64,000 nucleotides of DNA from an uncultured cyanobacterium (GCA_963749915.1 CAVVOP010000021.1:128001-192000); one strand, 5' to 3'; counted from the stretch's first letter, positions 23,461-35,126 are shown. The notes: generated by a model from the letters alone, not told the origin. A program made the numbers and translations.

Positions 23461-24856
23461 TCAATTTTTAGCCTTAGTATTTTTAATAATTGCATGAATA
23501 ATAGAAATTAATTCATTAGATTCATTCAGTAAAGAAAGCAATCTTTGTTCTAAGTTTTTTTCAGTAGCAATTAAGATTTTTAACCAATAATTAGTCTCTC
23601 TAGCTTCCGATCGAGAAATAGTCCTTTAGGGGTGACAACAAGCTTAAATATCAGAAAAAATAGTACTTTCAAGGCACCTACAAGAATTTTTTTAATACAT
23701 TATACTTCAAAGCTTATTGAGAATGTAGATATACCAATATGCTTTCTGTAATCAAAAAAAGTGCACCGGTGGCTCACTTTTCTGAAAAAATCGATATTTG
23801 TAGTTAGAGAAAATAGCGATTATAATGATGTTATTAAATGAATTTGTCACACATTTTCACAAATATCTAACTCCTACTCAATTTCAAACTTTATCTATTC
23901 TAGTAGGATTGTTAAATCAATATAGACAAGTAAAAATAGAGAAATTAGCTGAATTTTTTCCCTTACCAATTCTTTTTGAAAGTCGAAGAAAACATATTCA
24001 AAGATTCTTAACTTTAATCAGTCTAAGTATTCCCCTTATTTGGTTTCCACTCATTCAACTGATTATTACTCAACAATTTCCCCAAGACTCATCTTTAATT
24101 ATTGTTCTGGATAGAACACAATGGCAAGACAAAAATATATTTATGATTAGCGTCCTAATTTTGCATAATCATGCTTTCCCAATTTATTGGAATATTTTAG
24201 AGAAAAAAGGTGCGAGCAATTTAAAAGAACAAAAAGCTTTAATAAAACCGGTATTAAAACTATTAAGACAACACCATATTATCCTCATTGGCGACCGAGA
24301 ATTTCATAGCGTTGAATTAGCTAGTTAGCTAAAAAAAGAGAAAAAAAAGAGAAAGCAAAAAATAGATTTTGCGTTTAGACAAAAAAAAGATACCTTAGGA
24401 TATAATCTAGAAGGAACAAAGGCAAATACAGCCAGATTAACTAGGATTATTTTATTAATAGCAATTGCTTACACGAATAAGGCCTTAAAAGGGGAAATTC
24501 TCAAGAAAAAAGCTAAGCAAAAATATATTGCCCGTCCCGAAGAAAAAAGAAGAAAAACAAGAAGACATAGTGAGTTTTGGCTAGGGCTATATGGTGAATT
24601 ATGGTGCAATAATTTTGAATTATATCTAGAAGAAATCAACCAAATAATGCTGTTAAATAGTCATTTTATGAATAAAATCAGGCTTACTTTCGGCATTTTG
24701 TGCTTCCTCAACATTAGCCCCGATGACTGTTCCAGAGCGTATTAATTGTTTACTCAAATCATATCCTGTTCCACCATTTTCTCTCAAAAACTTACAAAGA
24801 TTAACTATTCTTATGCTAAAATTTAGAGTTCTTTCTTGTATATCTTTTTTAGCCAT
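23461..24856 (-). pseudogene. Four-helix-bundle (23S rRNA IVS-like) protein split by an IS4 remnant
   Basis: 5' half MAKKDIQERTLNFSIRIV...QLIRSGTVIGANVEEAQNAESKPDFIHKMTI (24856-24655). 3' half TISRSEARETNYWLKILIAT...(23623-23461, one extra frameshift). AAATAGTC occurs at both junctions. Confidence 0.85.
23624..24654 (+). mobile_element. Decayed IS4-family element (stop codon, internal deletion, right IR missing)
   Basis: Left end CTTTAGGGGTGACAA. ORF 23825-24328 has FESRRKHIQRFL, LDRTQW, IGDREFHSVELA. A C-terminal piece (GYNLEGTKA, RRHSEFWLGLYG) follows. Confidence 0.82.
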
Positions 24857-24903
24857 TTTTAAGAAAATACAACATAAATTTTAGCCTTAACCGAGCAGTA
24901 TTG

Positions 24904-25599
24904 GTATGGTTGCCTTCTGGACAAAGAGTAAGAGCAAATAAGTGGAGAGAATTTGAGAGAATATTTTCCACAGGAAAGAGAGAAAAAAGATATATAAGAG
25001 AAATAATTTACGGCAAGAAAAGAGAAATAAGATATTGGCAGGTAACGAGTAACAAAGAAACATTACCAGAAAATTCAACTTAGTATATAATGAGCAAAAT
25101 ACCGGGAATAAAATATAAAGAAATAGGAAATTTATATGGGTTAAGAAATTGGGTAGAGTTAAGGATTAAAGCAAAGTAAAAATGAATTAGGATGGGCTGA
25201 TTTTCGAGTAACAGAGTATAGTAGAATTGAAAAGTGGTGGTCAATAGTAATGAGTGTGTACTTAATGGTAAGTTTACAATCAGAACAATTAAATAATTAA
25301 ATGAATCAAAGGAAGAAAGAGTAGAAAGAGAAAAAAATTTATAAGAAGAAATGAAAAAACATCCGTGGTGGGATGAGGGAAAAGGCTGGAAAAATATCCT
25401 CAATAAATTAAGGCTATTTCTGCAACCATTGTCTTGTTTTAACTTGCTAAAGCCTTGGTTATTAATGTTTTTTAAACCTAAGATAGTTCGCTCGTTTTGG
25501 CGATTATTTTCCCAAATAAATCAATTCATAAATTCTATGTTGGAGAAGTTTTTTTCCTATATTTTTTGTTTCTCTTTTACCTAAAGTTCCAGAAGAGCG
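24904..25599 (+). mobile_element. IS701-family 3' fragment (pseudogene)
   Basis: Near-identical inverted copy of 28343-29030 with added stops and indels; ends ...AAAGTTCCAGAAGAG. Confidence 0.85.
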
Positions 25600-25605
25600 T
25601 TATAA

Positions 25606-27703
25606 CCCACATTCCGCACGTCAAACTGTATAAATTCAGATTACGAGGTTAGAGGTTGAACAGTGATTGACTACGACAAGAAATACTCGGTGATTAGTTC
25701 TCTAGCTTATAAAGAGAACTCAGATAAATTAGTAGAAAAATGAGCAACGTTTAAGGGATAATTAAATTCAGTTTTTAATTTAATTTTGGAAATGATACTT
25801 TCAGAAGATATACAAGTTCAAACCATTAATCATTTAGGATTAATTGCTGGAGTTATAGATGAAATTGGCATTGAAGAAATTATTAATGATGCCCTCGGTA
25901 TTGACGAGAGGGAAATCGTGACAGCAGGTCAAATAGTCAAAGCAATTATTCTGAACGGATTAGGATTTATTTCTCGACCTCTTTATCTATTTCCACAGTT
26001 TTTTAAAGACAAAGCCACAGAACATTTAATCGGAAAAGGAATACTACCTGAGCATTTGAACGATGATAGAATTGGAAGAATAATGGATAAACTTTATGAA
26101 AAAGGATTATCTCCATTATTTTTAATTATTGCTTTAGCCACAGTAAAAAAATATAATATCAACATAGATTTTTCTCATTTAGATTCAACTTCTTTTGCAG
26201 TAGAGGGGAAATATAATCAAGAAAAAATCACCAAAAACTTGGTGAAAGAAAATGCAGAATTAGAGTTAATTAATCAAATTCCAATTAAGATAATTAAAGG
26301 TTATTCTCGTGACCATAGACCAGATTTAAAACAATTTATTTTGGATTTAATTGTGAGTAGTGATGGTGATATTCCACTATTTTTAAGAGTAGCAGATGGC
26401 AATGAAAATGATAGAGCAGTTTTCGGCAAAATAGCGAAAGAATACAAATCAATGATCGATTTTGAGACGATGATAGTAGGTGATAGTGCCTTATATACAG
26501 AAAATAACCTGAAATTAATGAGTGGAATAGAATGGTTATCGAGAGTTCCACTATCAATAAAAGAGGCAAAAAATTTAGTTTCAGAACTATCAGAATCTGA
26601 TTTGACTCCAAGTAGTTTAGAGGGATATTTATGGTATGAAGTAAGGAATAATTATGCAGAAATTGAGCAGAGATGGTTAATAGTAGAAAGTGAAAAAAGA
26701 AAGGCATCAGATTTAGAAAAACTAACTAAAAAAATAGAGAAAGAAAAAGAAAAAACCGAAGAAATATTAAAGAAATTGATGAAAGAAGAATTTAGCTCAT
26801 CAGAGGGAGCTTATGAAACAGTTTTGAGACTAAATAAGACTTTAAAATATCATCAAATAACCGATCTAAAAATGACAGAAAGTGAGTTAAATAATCACAA
26901 GAAAAAATCGAAAAAGAAAGAAGAAAAATCGGGAAAAACTTATCAAGTTACGGCTATTTTGAAATCAGATTTAACGAAAATAAACGAATCAAAAAAAAGA
27001 GCAGGAAGATTTGTGTTAGCTACAAATAGATTGGATAAAAGTAAATTTAATTCTGATGAAATTTTAATTAAGTATAAAGAGCAACAAGCCGCAGAAAGAG
27101 GTTTTAGTTTTCTGAAAGATCCATTATTTTTTGCCGATAGTGTGTTTTTAAAAACCCCAAAAAGAATCGAAACAATGGCAATGTTGATGGGGTTATGTCT
27201 GTTAGTCTATTCTTTGGGGCAAAGAGAAGTGCGTCGCTTATTAAAGGAGAGAAAAACGGGGATAAAAAATCAGCTGGGAAAACTAACGGAACGTCCAACG
27301 TTAAGATGGATATTTCAATGTTTTCAGGGGATTCATTTAGTAATAAATCAAGGAATAAAACAGATAGTAAATCTAACAAATGAACGAAAACTAATTTTAA
27401 GTTTTTTCCCAATTTCTTGTCATAATTATTATATTTTATCTGGATAACTTATGGGATTTAAGAGTCTAAATATTCTCAATTATAATACCATAAATAAAGA
27501 AGAGAAAACTGATAGATTTGCTCTGTTTATTTATTCTCATTAAAGGTGAAGTTATTGACAATGAGATTTTAATTTGAGCAAAGTTCGCAAGTACAAAACG
27601 CGAATAAAGAAGATATTGAGTATTATTACTTATATTTTGTCCAAAATAAGTTGCTTGGTTTTAATACTTTTATCATCTTACAAAGTGACGTGCGGAATGT
27701 GGG
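25606..27703 (+). mobile_element. IS1634-family insertion sequence, copy 1 (intact transposase 25786-27447)
   Basis: TIRs CCCACATTCCGCACGTCA / TGACGTGCGGAATGTGGG. 553-aa ORF has HLGLIAGVIDEIG, HLDSTSF, GYSRDHRPDLKQF, ERGFSFLKDP. Confidence 0.93.
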
Positions 27704-27854
27704 TTCCACTACCCCGAAGGGTAGCGACCTTTATGCTTTATGTATCATGGTGCCGAATGAAGACTTTGCTGAACTAATCCGCAGTGGAACTCCAGTAGAT
27801 TTAGATGAGGAAGATTTACAAGTTCTTAATCGCTCAGATTTCCCTAAATATTAA
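27704..27854 (+). pseudogene. 3' end of an unknown gene truncated by IS1634
   Basis: Open frame from the IS end to TAA 27854: STTPKGSDLYALCIMVPNEDFAELIRSGTPVDLDEEDLQVLNRSDFPKY. Confidence 0.4.
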
Positions 27855-28342
27855 TAAAACCAAACTAAAAGTCATAACAAAAATAGTTACAAGTCAGATA
27901 CAAGTAATCCAAGAATGGGGGTTTCTACACAACCCCTCGAAAAGGTATATTCCAGTGACCATGAGTCTTTTGTTGACTAGAAGGTATAAGTCTAGAAACT
28001 TTATGGGATAAAGTTTTCAGCCTATGCTCCCGTTGGAGCGAGACCATAAAAGTCTCAGATTTTGGGATGATTGCGTTTCCCAAAAGTGCGATCGCACTCT
28101 TCGGCTGAAAAGCGCATTATTTCGTTACTTTCTTCTCTACTGAGACTACCAGCTTATCTGAAATGTACCGTTTCGGGGCGTAGTGCAAAAAACCCCATAA
28201 TCATCCACCACAGAATTATTAATCTCTACCCTCTGCTGTAGATTGACATCAATGGTAAGTAAAGTCAGCTTAATCCTTCCTGATACTTCCTGAATGCTAT
28301 CTGAGATCGCCATAGGTTTATTAACCTTCTGAAGATTACTAT

Positions 28343-29743
28343 CACTCTTCTGGAACTTTAGGTAAAAGAGAAACAAAAACTATAGGAAAAAAACTTCTCC
28401 AACATAGAATTTATGAGTTGATTTATTTGGGAAAATAATCGCCAAAACGAGCGAACTATCTTCGGTTTAAAAAACATTAATAACCAAGGCTTTAGCAAGT
28501 TAAAACAAGACAATGGTTGCAGAAATAGCCTTAATTTGTTTAGGATATTTTTCCAGCCTTTTCCCTCATCCCACCACGGATGTTTTTTCATTTCTTCTTG
28601 TAAATTTTTTTCTCTTTCTACTCTTTCTTCCTTTGATTCATTTAATTGTTCTGATTGTAAACTTACCATTAAGTATACACTCATTACTATTGACCACCAT
28701 TTTTCAATTCTACTATATTCTGTTACTCGAAAATCAGCCCATTCTAATTCATTTTTACTTTGCTTTAATCCGTACTCTACCCAATTTCTTAAACCATATA
28801 AATTTCCTATTTCTTTATATTTTATTCCCGGTATTTTGCTCATTATATACCAAGTTGAATTTTCTGGTAATGTTTCTTTGTTACTCGTTACCTGCCAATA
28901 TCTTATTTCTCTTTTCTTGCCGTAAATTATTTCTCTTATATATCTTTTTTCTCTCTTTCCTGTGGAAAATATTCTCTCAAATTCTCTCCACTTATTTGCT
29001 CTTACTCTTTGTGCAGAAGGCAACCAGACCCCATGGTTACTTCTTATTGCCAATAGGAAGTTGAGTTTTTCTTTATTTAATATACTCACAAAATTTTCTT
29101 CACTTTCCCCATATTCACGCTTCTGCTAATACTAACTTAATTTTAAACCCTTTTTCTTGTAATTTTTTGATAATTTCTCCTCCTATTTTTGGCTTACTTT
29201 TGTATTGATCTCCTTTTTTTAATCTCTCTTTTGGTTTATACACTTCTTGGAGCAAAGGTAATGTCATTCCTCGAACTAATCCATAAGCTGTTACTGTTAC
29301 TATTCCATTTTCTACTTTGCCTAAATTTCCAATATATTGCCTTGTGACATAATCGGTTTTATTTCCTTTCTTTCTATCTCCTGTTTCATCTATTATTACG
29401 ATAATTTCTTCTCCATTTATTACTTGTAAAATTAACTCTAATCTTCTATTTTTTAGCTCTTCCACTGACCAAGGTGAATTCGGTTAAAAAGTGATTTAAT
29501 CCCTCGGCATTTTCTAATCCTAATACCTTGGCGATTGCTGGTAAACTTTTTCTTTTTATATCTGATATTAGTCCCAAATGAAGATACTTAAAACACTCAA
29601 ATGTCCTCACTTCGGGAAATAAATCTCGATAGATTTCGCAGTATTGATCAATGAATTTGATTGTTTTGTGAGCTGGACGTGGCTTAACCATAACTCACCT
29701 CCCGATTTCAAGCTTTTTTCTTAATTATAACTAACCCAGAGTC
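28343..29743 (-). mobile_element. IS701-family element with frameshifted transposase (ORFs 29446-29691, 29115-29465, 28358-29089)
   Basis: FIDQYCEIYRDLFPEVRTFECFK, IIDETGDRKKG.KTDYV.RQYIGNLGK, YGLRNWVEYGLKQSKNELEWADFR; ends flanked by nTAG. Confidence 0.9.
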
Positions 29744-29759
29744 CTAAAAAAGCGTTAGA

Positions 29760-30836
29760 TTACTTCATTTGTAAAAAAGCATTACACGACGATGCTTTTG
29801 GCGAAATCGGTTCAATGATTGTTGCCTCAAGTTTGCCGCTAGTAACCGTTTGTTTTTGAAGTAGGGCGATCGCCGCGTCAAGCGGGTGACTTTTTATGTC
29901 CAATTTTAACGGGTCATTTATATTTGGAGATATTGTGATTTTTGTGTTGCCTATTCCTTGTTTCTCTATTTCCTTTTTAATCTGATCGGCAAGAGATTTT
30001 TCTACCTTCAAAGAACCAGTTAGCCATATCGAAGCTGTTTCGTGTTCTTTTTTCAATTTTTTAAGCCACTCAATTCCAGATAACACCTCTGGTGATGAGG
30101 TTTTTTGATTTGGCGGATTAAATTCAATTGGTACATCTTGATTAACGTACAGGCATATGCTTGGCAATTGCGAGTTCGACCACACTTTCCAAACTATCCC
30201 AATCCCAGTCAACAATAGTGCTGTAATTGCAATCAAAACAAGTCTAAATAAACTTGTTTTTTTTCTCACAGGTTTGCTTGAAGGATGGTTTTTACGTCCT
30301 TGTTTTTCTAGTAATCGATGCTCTGGTAATTGAGGTCTTAGTGTAATCACCAATGGCTCTAGCACTCTAAACTTATTGTCTGGCTCAGATGTAACTTCTA
30401 CCAAATCAATCCCATGGGAAATACTGAGCTTATCCTCATGCCAAAACTCCCAATACTTCTCTTGTAGATATCGATGTGCTTGATCGAGATGACTTTCTCC
30501 AATTTTATACTGAATTTCCTGCGAATTTTTGCGAAAAACGAGTCCCTCCACCCAATAAATTTCTCTCCCAAATGGATCTTTTAATACTTCATTTCCATGC
30601 TCTCCTATGTCCTTCCTTCTGGCTTTAACCGAACGAAAAACAATCGTCAAGTTGCCAACTTCAGATCCCTTTACCTCACGAATAACTATTCGCCCACTTT
30701 CAGTAAAATCTTCTTCTGTAACTTTAGCGAGCAAACTGCGAATTTTAGCTTCAGAAATAAAATCAGGTGCGACCACAGGTTTGTAGTCAATTGACTGATT
30801 TCGGCTAATGAGAAAAGTCCAAGCTTGAATTGTCAT
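29760..30836 (-). CDS. Membrane-anchored partner of the GTPase pair (GAP1-like N-terminal domain, one TM, variable C-terminus)
   Basis: AWTFLISRNQSIDYK.VVAPDF...DPFGR.IYWVEGLV N-domain, TM LVLIAITALLLTGIGIVW; 8 nt from the upstream GTPase. Confidence 0.6.
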   Translation of the reverse strand: MTIQAWTFLISRNQSIDYKPVVAPDFISEAKIRSLLAKVTEEDFTESGRIVIREVKGSEVGNLTIVFRSVKARRKDIGEHGNEVLKDPFGREIYWVEGLVFRKNSQEIQYKIGESHLDQAHRYLQEKYWEFWHEDKLSISHGIDLVEVTSEPDNKFRVLEPLVITLRPQLPEHRLLEKQGRKNHPSSKPVRKKTSLFRLVLIAITALLLTGIGIVWKVWSNSQLPSICLYVNQDVPIEFNPPNQKTSSPEVLSGIEWLKKLKKEHETASIWLTGSLKVEKSLADQIKKEIEKQGIGNTKITISPNINDPLKLDIKSHPLDAAIALLQKQTVTSGKLEATIIEPISPKASSCNAFLQMK

Positions 30837-30844
30837 AATACCTA

Positions 30845-31937
30845 TTACCTAGATTTTAAAGAGGGTATTTTAGCAAGGTCAGAGTCAGGAAAGTTAGCAT
30901 TGAATTGGTTCTGAATTTCCCGACACTTACTCAGAATTTGTTCTAAGGCATCTTCACTAGGTGAAGTATTACTTGCTTTTTGCTTGCTGTTTTTCTTGTT
31001 ATTTGTCAATAGACGAAACCCAAAATAAACAATAGCAATAATCAGTCCTAATCCTTGAGCTAGAGTGAGAAGAATACAAAGTCCAATGACAAACCCATCT
31101 AATACTGTGAGTTTGAAAGGCTTTTGTTTCGAGCCACCAGTTTGATTTCGTAGCTTATCCGTCAAAGCAAAAGCTAGGGGAAACTCTACATTCATTGGAT
31201 GTGGATTGACTGCAAGCTTCTTCATTTGTCCATCGGATTGTAGGCTTGCAAAACCCTTACCTAGAGAACTGACAGGAATCAAACGTACCGGGCAGCCGAC
31301 TTTCCTCCTATTCTCAACTACGTCGTCAAACTCACGAACAGTATTCAGCAAGCGTTTTTTTACATCTGCTAGAGAGTAGCTACCTTCAAGTAAGTCCCAC
31401 TTGCTAATGATGAAATGAACGGCAGTATATTGATTGCAATTATCCACCATTTGCATGAGGTTCGGTAGGTCTTCATGTAGCCATCTTAAAACAACCTTAT
31501 TAGTTAAGTCGGGATTCTGCATAAAAGAAAGTAGCTTTTGACCGTCTAAGATTGCTAAAACTGCATCAGCTTCTTTAATGTAGGTTGCCAAACTATCGTA
31601 ACCGCCGTAAGTTCCTTCATCGTCTGATACATCTGTAATTAGACCTCCTTTATAATCAACATAGGTGATTTTACAGGCTGGAATTTTAGATGTTCCTGAG
31701 TTGTTCACATAGGCAGTTAATACCCATTCAGAAATATTTCTAGTGCCTAAAGGCCATTCTTCTCCTGTGGTCAAATCTGCATAGATCTTATTCAAAGTCA
31801 TTCTTTTAGTATGGTCTTGAACATCTAGGGAAAAGCCAAATCTCCCTTGGGTTGAAAATACCTTGAAAAGACTAGCCAAGAAGATGGTTTTACCGGAGTC
31901 CAGATGGTCCCAGAGTAATAATACTGTAGTTATTCAT
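30845..31937 (-). pseudogene. TRAFAC-clade GTPase 2, +1 frameshift in the P-loop
   Basis: ATG 31937 gives MNNYSIITLGPSG; removing one base near 31899 continues SGKTIFLASLF. DYKGG (G3), SKWD (G4) and a C-terminal TM are present. Confidence 0.82.
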
Positions 31938-31967
31938 TGTACCTCTACGAGATTTATTGATATAGGG

Positions 31968-33119
31968 CTAAACCAATTTCGACTCTGGAAAACGATCATT
32001 TAACTCCTGCTCAAAATCGTAAAAAACGTTGATTGCGTGTATTAGAGCAGATTGTTCGTCTTGAACGGATTTGAGAGTAGTTTCTTTCTTTTTTCGAGAT
32101 GCTTTACCTACTTTTTCATTAATTCCTTTTATTCCTCCTTTTAACAGAGAATTAACCATAGAAGTTCCTTTAAAAAAGAATCTAGCTTCTTTGATTCCAT
32201 CAACTTCCCCACCGAACTCCAACAGCAATCCAAGCCCCTCTAATCCGACACCTAAAATATCTAGACCACCAAGTAAAGCACCAACTACAGTATTGCCATT
32301 CTCTATCTTCTGAATTTGTTGTTCCAGTTTTTTTTCTTGTGCTTGTTTTTCATTATGCAATTGTTGTAGTTTATCTGGTAAAACACAGGACATAGGCACT
32401 TCAAGTAAAAAGGGAATTGGAACCTTCCCAGGATTCTTTTTCATACTTCCATCTGGTTGCAGAGTCGCAAATTCCAAACCGATAGCACTAACTGGAACAA
32501 TTCGGACAATAGAACCTGCTTCACCTCGATTTTTGATTAATTCTGCAAAAGCAGGGATAGTGAGAAGTTTTTCAAGTATCTGAGCTAGGGTAAACTTCCG
32601 ATCCAGAACATCCCACTTAGTAATAACAAAGTGAACTGGAACTGTAAGGTTCTGCATCCGTTTGAGAATACTGGCTAAATCCGTGTTTAAAAAGACATCG
32701 GCTCGTAGTTGATCACTGCCATTCAGCCAAGCATATATTTTGTGCCCATCTAGTAATCCTAAAATCGTATCAGCTTGCTGTATGACTTTTTCTAAATCCG
32801 GATCTTTTTCTGCATCAGTTAGACGACCTCCAGCGTAGTCAAAATAAGTAAATTGACAAGCATTGTACTTATCAAGATCTTCTGTCTGAACTTGACAAGT
32901 AAACGTCCATTCGGAAATATCTTTTGTTCCAGGGGGCCAAGTATCTCCAGTCAGTATCTGTGTATAGGTCGAGTTTAGTAATTTTCGGTTCTGTGGATCT
33001 TCAATATCAAGCTTAAAACTAGAGTTTTTCTGAGTTGATAATGCCTTAAATATACTAGCTAGGAATACAGTTTTTCCTGCGCCTGATGCTCCTAATGTCA
33101 TAACTTTGAAGTTCTTCAT
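31968..33119 (-). CDS. TRAFAC-clade GTPase 1 (double-GTPase type)
   Basis: GASGAGKT (G1), WPPGT (G2), DYAGG (G3), TKWD (G4), VSA (G5); coiled coil and Gly-rich hydrophobic C-terminal segment. Confidence 0.85.
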   Translation of the reverse strand: MKNFKVMTLGASGAGKTVFLASIFKALSTQKNSSFKLDIEDPQNRKLLNSTYTQILTGDTWPPGTKDISEWTFTCQVQTEDLDKYNACQFTYFDYAGGRLTDAEKDPDLEKVIQQADTILGLLDGHKIYAWLNGSDQLRADVFLNTDLASILKRMQNLTVPVHFVITKWDVLDRKFTLAQILEKLLTIPAFAELIKNRGEAGSIVRIVPVSAIGLEFATLQPDGSMKKNPGKVPIPFLLEVPMSCVLPDKLQQLHNEKQAQEKKLEQQIQKIENGNTVVGALLGGLDILGVGLEGLGLLLEFGGEVDGIKEARFFFKGTSMVNSLLKGGIKGINEKVGKASRKKKETTLKSVQDEQSALIHAINVFYDFEQELNDRFPESKLV

Positions 33120-33159
33120 GGTACGGTTCCTCTATTGCTTCTATTTGAAATGCTACGGG

Positions 33160-33393
33160 TTAGCTTGTTTGTTTTCCTTCTGCCTTGTTTTCAGAAACAG
33201 TCGATTCACTTTTGCTAGACTGGGCTAAACCGGCCGCACCAGCGATCGCTGTCCCAGCTAACCCCATTCCGGACGACCATTTGGCAGCATCGACACTATC
33301 TGTGACTAAGACAGTTACACCAATGATTCCGCCAATCATGGCGATAAAGATAGGGGTTAACGAGTAAATGAATTCAGGAGTGATAAGTTTCAT
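33160..33393 (-). CDS. Small two-TM membrane protein
   Basis: PIFIAMIGGIIGVTVLV and GMGLAGTAIAGAAGLA, charged tail; AAGGA RBS. Confidence 0.65.
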   Translation of the reverse strand: MKLITPEFIYSLTPIFIAMIGGIIGVTVLVTDSVDAAKWSSGMGLAGTAIAGAAGLAQSSKSESTVSENKAEGKQTS

Positions 33394-33681
33394 ATTTGGT
33401 AATCCTTTAGGTTAGGTTTGAGAGACTAGTTAACTAAGACTAGTTAGGGATGACTGGGCAAGCCTTGTGAGAATAAGCTTTGGGTTCTGTAGCTTTGTTG
33501 TCTCCTATATTGTTGATTGATCATTGGCTCAGGAGATTGCTTTTCTCGAAACACCAGGCGCGATGCCAGCGGAACTGACTTATTTCAAAGCAGTCGCTAA
33601 ATCCGGCGTGAATCGCCATCTGACAGAGTTCTGAAGCCATTTCCGGAAAGTCGTTATTTCTGATGTGGTCACAAATGGCGT

Positions 33682-33999
33682 CTAGCTCTTCTGGCTGCAT
33701 GGATTTCCATCTGTCAACTGAATTACCCCCGCACCTTTGTATTTTGGGCCATCTCCAGGGTGAGTATTGCCCAAATCTTTTCGGCCGTTGTAGGCTGAAC
33801 CATCAGCTAGTTCTTTCAACCATTTCAAGCCACCGCTTTCATGGGCAGTCTGGCTAAGGAAATGACGCATCCTGGCCGGGGTGTTAATTTGGAAACGATT
33901 CAAACAGTCTTTGAGGTCTTTGAGTTGATGGGGTTGGATGGCACGACCGTATATAGCCTCTGCCTGAGCCTTGGAAATCAATTCCCCACCTCCAGGCAA
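33682..33999 (-). pseudogene. Glycoside hydrolase family 19 (lysozyme/chitinase-like) fragment
   Basis: [47 protein letters not shown]; similarity ends abruptly before the expected GR.NY. Confidence 0.78.
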
Positions 34000-34066
34000 T
34001 TCCTACAGTTAAGAGTGCGAGGGTTAGTATTTCTCCTTTTTTCCTTTCCACCCCTACAGGCTAATT

Positions 34067-34828
34067 TCACCTGCGTTCGTCTTGAATAATTACCTCTGGC
34101 TTAGTTTCGGGGGGGACATCTGTTTTTGGCGGTTGATCTGGCAACGGGTTGACAATTGATGCGGTATCCCTTACGAGGTTGATCTCAAAGCATGGGCTTA
34201 GAGACGCAAATTCAGCGATTTTCTTAAATGATTCCTGATTTTCGTCGTTCAGAAATCCATTCGTTTTTAACCAATAGCACTGCTCGATCAAAACGAGTTG
34301 GGCATTTCGGTGGCTGTTTTCGTTGTCGAGCCGCTGGCGCTCCAGTCTCCCCGTGGCGAAGTCCTTACAGAATTGGCTAAGATTACCGCCGAATGGCACT
34401 GATATGCCAAGCGCCACTCCGTATTGATTGTTGTTCGAGCTGTTCAATAGATATGGCTCATTAAGAGTTGCTCTGTCATTGCCAGTCCCGACAAAACCGC
34501 CTATACTGAAGCTCGGAGAAGGACAGTCAACAGTAGTATCAATCTTGTAGTTATTATTGAGATTAGGAATTGCAGGATTTATATTAAGCCCGGCGGCCCT
34601 GCCATAGGTATAGGACTGAGCCATGCCAGGTGCAGCTGACCCTAAGCATAGGGTGAGAGGTAGGCACATATGCAAGGTGAAGCGTCCTAATGATGATCGC
34701 TTGCGGGAAACGGTACGAGATTTAGACATGGTTATGAGTGGGTTAAGTGACATGGGATTAAGCGAAATTGGGTAGGTAAACTCTAACTCTGCTCTGTGAG
34801 GAAAATTAGAGTTTAAGATGTTTGCCAC
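34067..34828 (-). CDS. Secreted hypothetical protein (start probably ~34730)
   Basis: Signal peptide LPLTLCLGSAAPGMA, beta-strand-like YGVALGISVPF, several Cys. Confidence 0.55.
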   Translation of the reverse strand: MANILNSNFPHRAELEFTYPISLNPMSLNPLITMSKSRTVSRKRSSLGRFTLHMCLPLTLCLGSAAPGMAQSYTYGRAAGLNINPAIPNLNNNYKIDTTVDCPSPSFSIGGFVGTGNDRATLNEPYLLNSSNNNQYGVALGISVPFGGNLSQFCKDFATGRLERQRLDNENSHRNAQLVLIEQCYWLKTNGFLNDENQESFKKIAEFASLSPCFEINLVRDTASIVNPLPDQPPKTDVPPETKPEVIIQDERR

Positions 34829-34898
34829 AACTAAAGAAAAATGGTATAAACTCCGCTGGCATCACGCAAAGAGCTTATGCGGAGCTTAAGTATTGGTT

Positions 34899-35087
34899 TT
34901 AGGTATCGGTTTTAGGGAGCCGAGTAAGTATGGGTACATTAACGTATTTACCGTTATTGCAATCGGCTTGGAATCCGGGTGGCACCGTGTGGGTTGTTCC
35001 ATCGTCCAGATGAAGAATCTTATTCTTCTGGAAATCGGTTTCTGTCTTTAATACTTGGGGACATGGTGGGAATTTCTTGGAAGACAT
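34899..35087 (-). CDS. Small hypothetical protein, first gene behind the left 99-bp module
   Basis: 62 aa, AGGAG RBS ~9 nt upstream, two Cys. Confidence 0.55.
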   Translation of the reverse strand: MSSKKFPPCPQVLKTETDFQKNKILHLDDGTTHTVPPGFQADCNNGKYVNVPILTRLPKTDT

Positions 35088-35126
35088 TTTGTCTAGCTCC
35101 TATATGCGTTGTATTGTTTCATCTTT

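Larger units (their letters stand above)
23383..24903. mobile_element. Element bounded by perfect 18-bp terminal inverted repeats, carrying a four-helix-bundle gene
   Basis: CAATACTGCTCGGTTAAG (23383-23400) and CTTAACCGAGCAGTATTG (24886-24903); no own transposase. Confidence 0.72.

Noticed and set aside
28146..28376. 76-aa minus-strand ORF after IS701
   Set aside because: Starts inside the IS end; the remaining 55 codons have no recognisable motif.
33160..33999. Prophage lysis cassette
   Set aside because: No phage structural, terminase or integrase genes in the window, and the GH19 is only a fragment.
34899..35087. 62-aa peptide as the YcaO precursor
   Set aside because: No recognisable leader or Cys/Ser/Thr-rich core, and divergently transcribed; 42978-43673 is the better candidate, though this one is not excluded.
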